A stretch of 64,000 nucleotides of DNA from the NCBI GenBank assembly GCA_018656065.1, contig JABHZY010000024.1, positions 224,970-288,969 of the forward strand. The letters run 5' to 3'. This document shows positions 1 to 8,700 of the stretch, one piece after another. A program made the translations under genes and the position numbers. Origin of the DNA: Candidatus Komeilibacteria bacterium (lineage in GTDB: Bacteria; Patescibacteriota; Patescibacteriia; UBA1558; GWA2-36-10). Every line of letters begins with the position of its first letter. Position 1 is the stretch's first letter. The notes beneath the pieces were generated by a model. That model searched no databases and was not told the origin of the DNA. It saw only the letters and a list, made by a program, of their open reading frames with translations.

Positions 1-16
1 TCAAATATGTTAATCA

Positions 17-45
17 TTGACAAAATGGCTAAAATTTGATATAAT
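17..45 (+). promoter_or_regulatory. sigma70-type promoter for the GC-rich hydrolase gene
   Basis: TTGACA (17-22), 17-nt spacer, TATAAT (40-45). AGGAGG at 94-99 lies 7 nt before GTG 107. Confidence 0.5.
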
Positions 46-106
46 TATATATTCGCGGTTGAAAAACCATAGTTAGTGTTCATCACAATTAGCAGGAGGT
101 ATAGTC

Positions 107-859
107 GTGCAGCGACTAAACTTACACCACACTCCTGCTAAAGGGAGTGTACAAGGCTCGATCTTACCGATTCAAGGCACCTGGTGCCAGTCCTCTATTT
201 GGACCAAGTACTGGACCAAATGGTTGGCTGAAGTCGGCTACCAATCGTGGGTTATGGACTATCCAGTAGAAGGAACTACGTCCATCTCCAATCAAGTTGA
301 CCTCACTCACCAGGTTATCAATCAGATCGAAAACGAATTCGGCGTCAGCCTCTCTCTGTTTGGCCACTCACGTGGTGGTGCAGTTGCCCAAAAGGTAGCT
401 TCAGAAAGAGACCTGGCATCTATCGTGCTATTAGGAAGTTCGGCCCCTTGGCCGATCTGCAACATCCGCTGGCCGTTAGTATCCGAGTTCTGGCGCTACT
501 TGCCACAAATTCTCTTCTCGAGACTCTTCCGACCTAGCAATGCTGTGCTAGACCGACTGGAGTTTCACCGTTTTCCAAACGGCGAAGAGTTGATGGCAGA
601 TCTGATACCCGACTCTGGTCGGACCAGTCTGGAAATTCTGCTCAGCCTGACCAAGGTTGATCACCTGAGGTGCGATGCCCTGATCGTAGCTGGTCAGTAT
701 GACCGCATCATGCCTGTCGGTATCCAAAAAGCGCTGCATGAAAAATATGGCCGGCGCGCCGATTACCTCGAACGTCCGCATGGGCACATGCCCATGTTAG
801 AAGAGAACTCAGGCTCAACCCTGAGGGAAATCGTAGACTGGCTCAACATATGGGCCTAG
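107..859 (+). CDS. alpha/beta-fold hydrolase (GC-rich, probably acquired)
   Basis: 250-aa ORF with a GTG start behind AGGAGG. It has a GHSRGG nucleophile elbow (GxSxG) and a C-terminal GHMPMLE His motif. It is visibly far more GC-rich than its surroundings. Confidence 0.8.
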   Translation: MQRLNLHHTPAKGSVQGSILPIQGTWCQSSIWTKYWTKWLAEVGYQSWVMDYPVEGTTSISNQVDLTHQVINQIENEFGVSLSLFGHSRGGAVAQKVASERDLASIVLLGSSAPWPICNIRWPLVSEFWRYLPQILFSRLFRPSNAVLDRLEFHRFPNGEELMADLIPDSGRTSLEILLSLTKVDHLRCDALIVAGQYDRIMPVGIQKALHEKYGRRADYLERPHGHMPMLEENSGSTLREIVDWLNIWA

Positions 860-895
860 AGCTCCGTGATTGGATTCGCGGGGCTCTGTTTTTTT
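858..895 (+). terminator. rho-independent terminator
   Basis: Stem agagctccg (858-866) pairs with cggggctct (879-887), with one G.U pair. A T-run follows at 889-895. Confidence 0.7.
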
Positions 896-903
896 GTGTA
901 AAT

Positions 904-961
904 AAAAAACCGCCCATTCGATTTTACTAAGGACGGTAATAAAATAAAAATTATTTTTCTT
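904..961. repeat. 58-bp direct repeat copy A (terminator hairpin plus last codons of the Doc gene)
   Basis: 55/58 identical to 17610-17667. It contains ccgccc...ggacgg and the minus-strand coding end AAGAAAAATAA. Confidence 0.85.
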
Positions 962-1385
962 TAGTATAGTCTACCATATTAATACTAATAAAACTTTCTA
1001 TGGCTTTAACAACATCAACTTTCAACTTAGGAGGACTTTGGGCTACCCAAACGGCAAAATTATATAATTCTTGATTATCTACTTTTATCCATTTGTTATT
1101 AATAGATAAAAACACAAACAAAGTAGTAACTGCTATTCTCTTATTTCCATTTTGAAAAGGATGATTTTTTATCAATAGATAAAATAATATAGCTGCCTTA
1201 CCTTTCAAGCCAACATATAAAAACTTTTTATTAAATCTTTGAAAAGGCGTCTTCAGGCAACTTTCTAAAACATTTGGATATCTAGTTTCAAAGGGGGGAA
1301 TTGATTCATCCCATGTCATGGTGTCTATGGCTAACCTGTGGGATAAATATTCAATGATTTCTACTGTAATTTTTTTGACTTGCAT
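951..1385 (-). CDS. Fic/Doc family toxin (death-on-curing type)
   Basis: 144 aa with the HPFQNGNKR motif (HxFx[DN][AG]NKR of Doc/Fic). It starts 1 nt after the upstream small HTH gene. Confidence 0.85.
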   Translation of the reverse strand: MQVKKITVEIIEYLSHRLAIDTMTWDESIPPFETRYPNVLESCLKTPFQRFNKKFLYVGLKGKAAILFYLLIKNHPFQNGNKRIAVTTLFVFLSINNKWIKVDNQELYNFAVWVAQSPPKLKVDVVKAIESFISINMVDYTKEK

Positions 1386-1386
1386 C

Positions 1387-1647
1387 TTATTCTTCGCCCA
1401 AAAGTTTTAAAGCTTGGCCATATTCACTAACTACCATATCTACACTGCTATCAATCCTCTTTTTTAGCTTATCTGAAACTTCATCAGAGATAAGATCTAA
1501 GACGTCTTTTTTGTAGATAATATAATTTCTACCAGCTTTTTGAGCTTTAATCTGACCTTTTTTAACTTTGTTAAAAACAGCAATACGACTGATACCCAAA
1601 ATATCAGCTAATTCTTTTATAGATAATATATCCTTTGTTTTCTTCAT
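1387..1647 (-). CDS. HTH DNA-binding protein, probable antitoxin for Doc
   Basis: 86 aa. The N-terminal segment LSIKELADILGISRIAVFNKVKKGQI is excisionase/MerR-like HTH. It is adjacent to and co-oriented with the Doc gene. Confidence 0.75.
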   Translation of the reverse strand: MKKTKDILSIKELADILGISRIAVFNKVKKGQIKAQKAGRNYIIYKKDVLDLISDEVSDKLKKRIDSSVDMVVSEYGQALKLLGEE

Positions 1648-1655
1648 AAAATTGT

Positions 1656-1710
1656 GTTAACTTATGCTTTTATAGGTTAACATATGTTAACCTATATGTC
1701 AAGAGTTAAC
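1656..1710. promoter_or_regulatory. operator-like GTTAAC array with a 26-bp perfect palindrome
   Basis: GTTAAC occurs at 1656, 1676, 1686 and 1705. tataggttaacatatgttaacctata (1671-1696) is a perfect palindrome, 9-63 nt upstream of the antitoxin start. Confidence 0.6.
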
Positions 1711-1726
1711 ATAGATTACTATCCTC

Positions 1727-1780
1727 TCTTCGTCATACTCCTGTCCAGTAAAGATTGCTTGCACAACACTCGCTCACCCC
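1727..1780 (-). pseudogene. truncated Rhs core handle (5' stub of a second orphan cassette)
   Basis: 49/54 nt identical to 3871-3924. The minus strand reads SVVQAIFTGQEYDEE, then diverges (RIVIYVNS*) into the TA operator region. Confidence 0.7.
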
Positions 1781-1831
1781 AAATGCAACAGTATAAAAAT
1801 GGTTTAGAAAATGTCGCATTTTGTTCAACAA

Positions 1832-2506
1832 CTATTTTCTCTTTGGCTCAACAACTACTCCCTTCTGAGACCACATATCAAATATATAGTATATACCCGT
1901 AATATGTTCTTTTTCAAAATCAGGGTCAGTCTGTGCTTTTTGAATATTTTTCAAAAGCTGGTTGAGCATAATTTCTATCCCACTATTCACTATTTTTCTC
2001 AAGTGCTGCGGCCTGATACATATTTCTTTTGGATTTTTTTCTTTTCTTTCGTTATAAAACTCTTCATATTCTTCATTCGTCAATCCTTCACACATGACAG
2101 ATATTCCAGGAACGCCTATACCATAAAAATGAACGGCAGCGCTACGAAATTCATAAAGCTTGTGCTCATTAAGACGCTTCAAAAATTTATTATTTTTATA
2201 TTCTTTATTATCAGAACAAAATAAAAAATTTTTAGCAAATACTCTAAAATTTTTTCCCACACCATCAACTTCCTTGTCGGAATAAGATACTTTTTTTGTA
2301 TACTGATGCCAATAATTAGCTGCTAATTCAATAACAGTAAATATGCCTATCAATTGCATTTGTGTTGGAATAATCTCTTTATTATCACGAGTCTTATAAA
2401 ACAATTGATTTAAATCACCATTAGCGCGTGTCAAATGTTGAAGTACTAACTTCTCTCTAATATTATGATCTTCGATCATATTTTGTCTAAATTTTTTATG
2501 ATCCAT
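1832..2506 (-). CDS. hypothetical protein (224 aa) within the toxin locus
   Basis: Long minus-strand ORF with native AT-rich composition. I recognise no motif. Confidence 0.6.
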   Translation of the reverse strand: MDHKKFRQNMIEDHNIREKLVLQHLTRANGDLNQLFYKTRDNKEIIPTQMQLIGIFTVIELAANYWHQYTKKVSYSDKEVDGVGKNFRVFAKNFLFCSDNKEYKNNKFLKRLNEHKLYEFRSAAVHFYGIGVPGISVMCEGLTNEEYEEFYNERKEKNPKEICIRPQHLRKIVNSGIEIMLNQLLKNIQKAQTDPDFEKEHITGIYYIFDMWSQKGVVVEPKRK

Positions 2507-2556
2507 AAATTAATATGCTCACAGGCAACTCAAAAAGCCGCCGATGTAAATAGTAC

Positions 2557-2832
2557 CTACTTAGATACGTTTTCTAATTTATTCTTAAGCCAATCTACGA
2601 ATTCTTTATAACTTATATACCCATGTTCACGATCCTCTTTAGGTGGCTCAACTCCTGTGTATTCAAATTTCTCTTGTATCTCTGTAAAATAGTCGTGATC
2701 TTGTTCACTTAAATCTTCATCGGAAACTTTGGTTATATAACACGCATAAAAATTATCTTCAAACTGATTATAATCAAGTTTGCCATCAACTGCCTCTTGC
2801 AACGTATCTGATAAATATTTTTTATGATTCAT
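2557..2832 (-). CDS. small acidic protein, candidate (orphan) immunity protein
   Basis: 91 aa and acidic. Its ATG overlaps the stop of the upstream 92-aa gene (ATGAATCATAA), implying translational coupling. Confidence 0.55.
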   Translation of the reverse strand: MNHKKYLSDTLQEAVDGKLDYNQFEDNFYACYITKVSDEDLSEQDHDYFTEIQEKFEYTGVEPPKEDREHGYISYKEFVDWLKNKLENVSK

Positions 2833-3100
2833 TTTTTAAAGCATTAATAAATTTATTTGCTATAGAATCGTATTTATCTTTACCTTTGACTAATTCTTCA
2901 TTGAAGAATGAAACAAACACCTCGTGAATCCAATCTCTCAACTCTTCATTCCCAAGATTAACAATATCCTTTTCTAATATTTTCTCAATCTCTGGATCAT
3001 ATTCATTTAAAGATTCTGGGGTATCAGAATCTACAAGACCCAAAGGATCTTCTTCATTGATGATACTTTTTAATAACTCATAATTTTTAGATTTTTCCAT
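2822..3100 (-). CDS. small acidic protein, candidate immunity for the orphan toxin
   Basis: 92 aa, starting 5 nt after the orphan toxin stop. The DPLGL..PESLNEYDPEI motif resembles the DPIG..P.DEYD signature I recall in several immunity families. Confidence 0.6.
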   Translation of the reverse strand: MEKSKNYELLKSIINEEDPLGLVDSDTPESLNEYDPEIEKILEKDIVNLGNEELRDWIHEVFVSFFNEELVKGKDKYDSIANKFINALKNES

Positions 3101-3104
3101 ATTT

Positions 3105-3917
3105 CTATTTTAATAATTTAAACCTATCTGGAGAGCTCTTTGGACTTAAATTTCTAATAAAGTTCTCTGTTGATACTAATGCCTTTTGTGCTCTGTCTGT
3201 AACTATAGTAAATCCACCCCTTCCTCTTTCTCCAACTGTATGCAGTAAATTACCTGTTTTGGTATCAAGATACTTTGTTCCATTTTCTATAGCAGATGAA
3301 ATTTGTCCTGCACTCATGCCTCTTTTAGCAAACTGCTCCGCTGCATGTTTAGTTACCCTTAATCCAAACACTTTTTCCCCAGCTGTTAATAATGTTTTAC
3401 CAACAACCTTACCTTCTCCACCTGTACTAGCATCAAATGCTGCAAAACCAAACGCTAACATTCTAGTACCACCGCTTTGGTCTGGGTCAAAGACATCAGC
3501 AATATTATTAGCTATATCACCCATACTACGTGATACGAAACCAGAGACTTTATTAACAAATCCACCCTGACTACTCGTATAATCACCTGCTCTATTAAAG
3601 AAACTACCTATACTTCTTTGTCCACTTGCTAAATCTCGACCAAATGGACCAGCAAATTCTCCAGTATCATCAGTCATTACTACAGGATTGTTTATACTAT
3701 ATGCATAACTATTTAATTGCTGTGGATTTATAAGAACTTTATTTATATTACCATTTACAATACTTTTTAACTCCTCTGGATTATGTAATTTTAATATAGC
3801 GGGATCAATTGAAACAAATCGTCCTGTCTCATTATCCATATACCTAGCCCCAAAGTATTGAATATCCGTTTCTTCGTCATACTCCTGTCCAGTAAAGGTT
3901 GCTTGCACGACACTCAC
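3105..3917 (-). CDS. orphan Rhs core-tip plus C-terminal toxin cassette (DUF4258-like motif)
   Basis: The ORF opens right after a TGA and has only a GTG start. It begins VVQATFTGQEYDEETDIQYFGARYMDNETGRF..PQQLNSYAYSINNPV, homologous to the end of the main Rhs core. The tail has TKHAAEQFAKRGMSAGQISSAIENG, like the T.HA..R...RGIS motif of DUF4258. Confidence 0.75.
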   Translation of the reverse strand: MSVVQATFTGQEYDEETDIQYFGARYMDNETGRFVSIDPAILKLHNPEELKSIVNGNINKVLINPQQLNSYAYSINNPVVMTDDTGEFAGPFGRDLASGQRSIGSFFNRAGDYTSSQGGFVNKVSGFVSRSMGDIANNIADVFDPDQSGGTRMLAFGFAAFDASTGGEGKVVGKTLLTAGEKVFGLRVTKHAAEQFAKRGMSAGQISSAIENGTKYLDTKTGNLLHTVGERGRGGFTIVTDRAQKALVSTENFIRNLSPKSSPDRFKLLK

Positions 3918-3921
3918 TCCA

Positions 3922-3940
3922 CCCTTCGACTTCGCTCAGG
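3922..3940 (-). repeat. copy 1 of the CCTGAGCGAAGTCGAAGGG motif
   Basis: The minus strand reads cctgagcgaagtcgaaggg, ending 4 nt before GTG 3917. Other copies are at 49070-49089 (+) and 57944-57963 (-). Confidence 0.8.
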
Positions 3941-4054
3941 CTCTGCGAAATGGGACAAATGGGACACTATAAAAGGGATATTTCGTGTCTCATTTCTTCA
4001 ATATATAAAAGAGCTAATTTGACTCAATAAGAATTTTATAACTTAATATAATTA

Positions 4055-5347
4055 TTAACTAACATCATATATATTATAACCTAATATCTTATATTTATCA
4101 CTACCACAATACTCAAATAAAGTATCTTTAAAATTAGGTGGTATTTTTCTATACGAATTAATTAACACAAACTTTTTGGATCTACAATGTGATTTACAAA
4201 TATCAATAATATTATTATTTTCCTTATTAATTTTGATTACTTTGAAATGCTGTAATCCATAAAAGGGCCATGTATTATTAATACGCTCATCATAATATTC
4301 AGGCATCTTACCATCATCAAAAGCAAATAATTCAATCCAGCCCCTTCGTTTATTTATACCCATGAGTCCAAGTTTTTTAAAGAAATCAAAAGAATCTTTT
4401 TTAATACCATCATCAGATAACACAAATATAGACACATCTGGCACATTAACGGGTTCGTTGTTGGTTAAATAATCTTCTAAAAATTTTATTAATTCTTTTC
4501 TGCTTTCCTCTTTAGCAAAAAAGATTTTTGTTTTATATTTTGTATCAAGCTTTAATTCTTTTATGGTTCTACCCATAAAAGAATCTGTCGCCAATACATC
4601 AACGTATGGAAGATAACTAGATATTATGTCTATATCAGTCCCATCACTTACTTTAATAGGACGATTGTTATGGACTGTTAATAGATATGCCCACATACGA
4701 GCATAAATATAATATTGTGGTATTATGAAATCTTCAGAATCTATAAATTTATTTATAGATTCTGCATCTCCTTTAAATAACCAATTAATTTTATCAATAT
4801 TATATTGTTTAAATCTATCTCTTATAGCGCCTATTTCTAATTCCGTCTGTTTTTCAAAAGAAATATTTTTTTCTTTTAAATTTTTTTGAACTTGTTGTAA
4901 TTTTTGAGCTTCTTGCTCTCTTCCGTCTGTAAGTAATTGAAGATAAGAACTACTTCTTATATCAATGTCAAATTGTTCTAATATTTTATCTGGGTTATCT
5001 GTATATACAAATGACCATTCTATAGATTTTCTTTTAATACCTAAAAAAATTTCTCCATTTCTCACTATTTCAGAAGTTTCTAAAGTATCTTCATGGTGTA
5101 ATGATATTTGACCCATATAGCTTTGAAATTGTCCAATTCTATCAGTAAGTTTTCCCGCTAAACTTGATTCGATCTTATGAAAAAAAGATTTTGGTACGAT
5201 TATCTTTTCTTCCAAAAAACCTCTATGAATTAAATCAAAAAGTTTTTTATAATCTAAATTAACTTTGCTATTAATATCAACTTTAGCAATTTCACTAATA
5301 AAATTTTGATCTAAATAAATTATTAACTTTTTAGTTAACTTTCCCAT
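4055..5347 (-). CDS. hypothetical protein (430 aa)
   Basis: Long ORF between two terminator-like sites. The N-terminal IYLDQNFIS and the later DIDIISSYLPYVDVLATD are faintly PIN-like, which is a weak impression only. Confidence 0.6.
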   Translation of the reverse strand: MGKLTKKLIIYLDQNFISEIAKVDINSKVNLDYKKLFDLIHRGFLEEKIIVPKSFFHKIESSLAGKLTDRIGQFQSYMGQISLHHEDTLETSEIVRNGEIFLGIKRKSIEWSFVYTDNPDKILEQFDIDIRSSSYLQLLTDGREQEAQKLQQVQKNLKEKNISFEKQTELEIGAIRDRFKQYNIDKINWLFKGDAESINKFIDSEDFIIPQYYIYARMWAYLLTVHNNRPIKVSDGTDIDIISSYLPYVDVLATDSFMGRTIKELKLDTKYKTKIFFAKEESRKELIKFLEDYLTNNEPVNVPDVSIFVLSDDGIKKDSFDFFKKLGLMGINKRRGWIELFAFDDGKMPEYYDERINNTWPFYGLQHFKVIKINKENNNIIDICKSHCRSKKFVLINSYRKIPPNFKDTLFEYCGSDKYKILGYNIYDVS

Positions 5348-5378
5348 ATAAAATAGAGGTTATTTGGTAAAAGAAACC

Positions 5379-5405
5379 AAAAAGTCGTCTAAAAGACGAC
5401 TTTTT
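5379..5405 (-). terminator. bidirectional hairpin terminator after the Rhs-immunity pair
   Basis: gtcgtct/agacgac 7-bp stem with a 3-nt loop, flanked by A- and T-runs. Confidence 0.6.
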
Positions 5406-5411
5406 ATTCTA

Positions 5412-5717
5412 TTAATCTATTGCATACTGATTTTTTACTTTTAACCAAGTAAGTATTCCTTTTTCAGTCTTTTCGGGAAAATTCGGATTTTCCTGCAAAA
5501 TCATTTTTGCAAGTTCATCAAGTCCATAGTATTCTTCAAGAAAAGTGTAGCCAGTTTTAGTTAAGGTGCTTTCTCCAGATTCAAGCTCCCAAATAAAATC
5601 TAATAACTTTTTCTTGTCTAAAAAGTCAGCAACATAAGATTCATCATCTTTCTTGTAATTACAAACTCCTAATATTTTGCCCTCAAAATTTTTAACAATG
5701 CCTTCTTTTGTATTCAT
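5412..5717 (-). CDS. candidate cognate immunity protein of the main Rhs toxin
   Basis: 101 aa, starting 4 nt downstream of the Rhs stop on the same strand. No known motif. Confidence 0.6.
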   Translation of the reverse strand: MNTKEGIVKNFEGKILGVCNYKKDDESYVADFLDKKKLLDFIWELESGESTLTKTGYTFLEEYYGLDELAKMILQENPNFPEKTEKGILTWLKVKNQYAID

Positions 5718-5721
5718 ATAA

Positions 5722-8700
5722 TTATTTAATTTTACTAATTCTATCTAAGTAACTACTAATCTTATTAACATTTTCAACTTTATAAAAAGTCTTAATTTTA
5801 TTATTGGCATCTAATATAGCAGAAAAGTTATTATTAACATTATAATATACTTTATCCGCACCTTCTTTAAAAACATTTGTATAACCGCTTTGGACAAAAT
5901 CATTAGCTTTTTGATAATACTGACCAAGATTTTTAGCACCTATTTTATCACCCTGTTTCTCAAAATGTCCCACTAAATTTTTAGCACTATCAGCCACTCT
6001 TCCTGGACTCCAGCCTCTACCAGATTGTAAAGCTTTATCAGCCTGAGTCATGGCAGTACCACCTATCAAACCAACTTCTGTTAATCCCCAAGTAATAGCG
6101 GCAGACGACCCATAAGCAGCTAATCCACTACCTACACCAATTGCCAAACTAGATTTACCTGGATTATCCATAATCGCTTTAGCAGTATCACTATCATTAT
6201 ACAATTGATTTGCAGCTTGTCCAAGCTCTGTTTGAAAGCTTGACCATGATTGCCCATTACCAAATGTTGATATATTACCCCAAACAAATGCTTTCCACCA
6301 ATTACCATCAGGGTCTACAAATATAACTGGATTATTCTTAGAATATGAATAACTATTTAAAGCTTGAGGATCTGAAAGTATATTCTGTAATTCCTGCCCA
6401 GATATTTTCTTCAACTGATTACCATCGTGGAGCACCAACATTACTGGTTCCATTGCAGTAAATCGTCCTATCTCATTATCCATATACCTCGCACCAAAAT
6501 ACTGAAGTGAATTTTCTTCGTCATACTCATGCCCAGTAAAAGTGTAATCATTATCTAAATCTTGTATTGTACTCTCATAATTAATCTTACCAAAAGGCTT
6601 GTAATCTGACAATTCGGCTACAGCGCCTGTGGAATCTGTACGCAAAGAACTAGAGCCTAAATGATCACCAAGTATAAAATATGGATCATCACTTTCATTA
6701 ACTGTGGCTACTTTAATATTATTTACATTGATATGCGTCTTGGCTTGATTAGCTAAATTCTTTTCAAAGTAGCCATCTACATATTTATCTTCCTTAACTC
6801 TGCGAAGCTCCCAATTCCCCGCTCTTCTGCCAGCCGCCATCCGCACAGAATTATCACTGCCAACCATAGCAGCCTCTATCATGCATATTTCTTCAATATC
6901 AGGTGGAATCCAAACTAACTCTTCAGTATATTTAATAAATCGTTGATTATTGTGATCGTAATCATAGTAGGTATTATTTTCACTGGCTATATCATAAGTA
7001 CTATCTAGTCTAGATCTATGATCCCAAATAAATTTAGATATATTATTGGTCTTGGTATTACCTGCGTCATCGTAGGTAAATGTACGACCTGTTAAACTAG
7101 ACAATTGATGAGGATTATCATTATCATAATTCATAGTACCTAAGTCACTATTATAGATCATATTACCTACGGCATCATAATTATATACTTTAGAATAATT
7201 ATCTGCGGGATGTGAAATATAATTAACTGTAGAACTAGCTAGCCGATAAAGATCATCATAGTCATACCAAGTAGTCTTGGCTAAATCAGTACTAGAGCTG
7301 TCTGTAATCTGAGTGATATTACCCACAGCGTCATAAGTATAGTGGATATCTTGCAAGGTAGTAGTGCCATGGGTAGTATCTAAGTCAGTTAATCTAAAAT
7401 TCTCTTGAGGGTTATAAATATAATCAGTGATGACTCCATTTGATCTTTCTAGATGAGTCATCTGACCATTTTGGTTATACTGTATATTATCTACTAGTAC
7501 TACTGGCCCTGAACCTTTATCGAGACTAACAGAATCTACTTGGCCTATATTATTAAATCCATAGCTAACTACATGGCCATTTGGATAAGTGATGCTCTCT
7601 GCTTCACCATTTAAATTGTAATCAAAATTCATGACGAAATCTTCATTCTCAATGGTAGTTGTAGATGTTCTAAGATTGCCTAATATGTCATAATCATAGG
7701 CCCTGCGATTGTTATTGCCATAATAGGCGTGAGTAAGTTGACCTATGTCTCCATCTTCATCGTAGACATAAGATATTTTATTTACATTGTCTAACTTTTC
7801 ATATTCTACTCTATTGAGATCATCATAGACATAAGATATGTTGTCTCCTTTGAAACTAGTTTCTGTCTCTACATTACCATTTTTATCGTGAGTATAGTTA
7901 ATCTTCTCTGGAGTAGTGACTGTAGATTTATGAACCATATCCTGCCAATCTAGATTGTCTAGATCATCATAGTGAAAATTTCTAATATTGCCTTGCTCAT
8001 CTGTAATCTTTTTAAGTTTATTAGTCAAAGTATAATCATAGCTAGTAGTGTATACACTAGTGTCATTGTATTCTTTGACTTCTATTAAATTGCCGTGAGC
8101 GTCCTTAGTTAAATCTTTGATATTATTATTAGCATCTGTGATAGTAGTGGTAAATCCATCGTAATCATAACCCGTAGTACCCACTGGAGTGGTTTCTATC
8201 AGTACTCTGCCTAGAGCATCGTAAATATATGTCTTAGCTGGTTGACTTAAATTTGGCACTGAGTAATCTATAGCTGTAGTAATATACGGCAGTGATTGAC
8301 GATCTACTCTACCTTGAGAATCATAGCTAATATCCACTGCGGTGTATTCACTAGTATTATCTGTCTGAGATTTGCTTTGTATTACTCTATCTAGACCATC
8401 ATAGTATTCACGAGATGTTACAAAATTTGTAGAGTCAAAATAATTCTTGGTTTCTGTATGCCTTGGTAAAACAGTGTCTTGATAACTCACCTCTTGTTTT
8501 AATACCAAACTACCAAAATTATCTGGATCTGAAATTTTTGTTTCTGTTAATCTACTAAAAGCATCAAACTTGTTTACAGTCATAGCTCCATTAGGAGTAG
8601 TGCTAGTAGCTATTTGGCCGTTTAGTAGGTTGTAGTCCGTGTAACTAGTATTGCCTAAGGGATCAGTGCTAGAAGCTGGATACATATTGTAGCTATCATA

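Noticed and set aside
1684-2224. Plus-strand ORFs 1684-1902 and 1811-2224.
   Set aside because: They overlap the better minus-strand 224-aa ORF and the operator/stub region. Their sequences are low-complexity and AT-driven.
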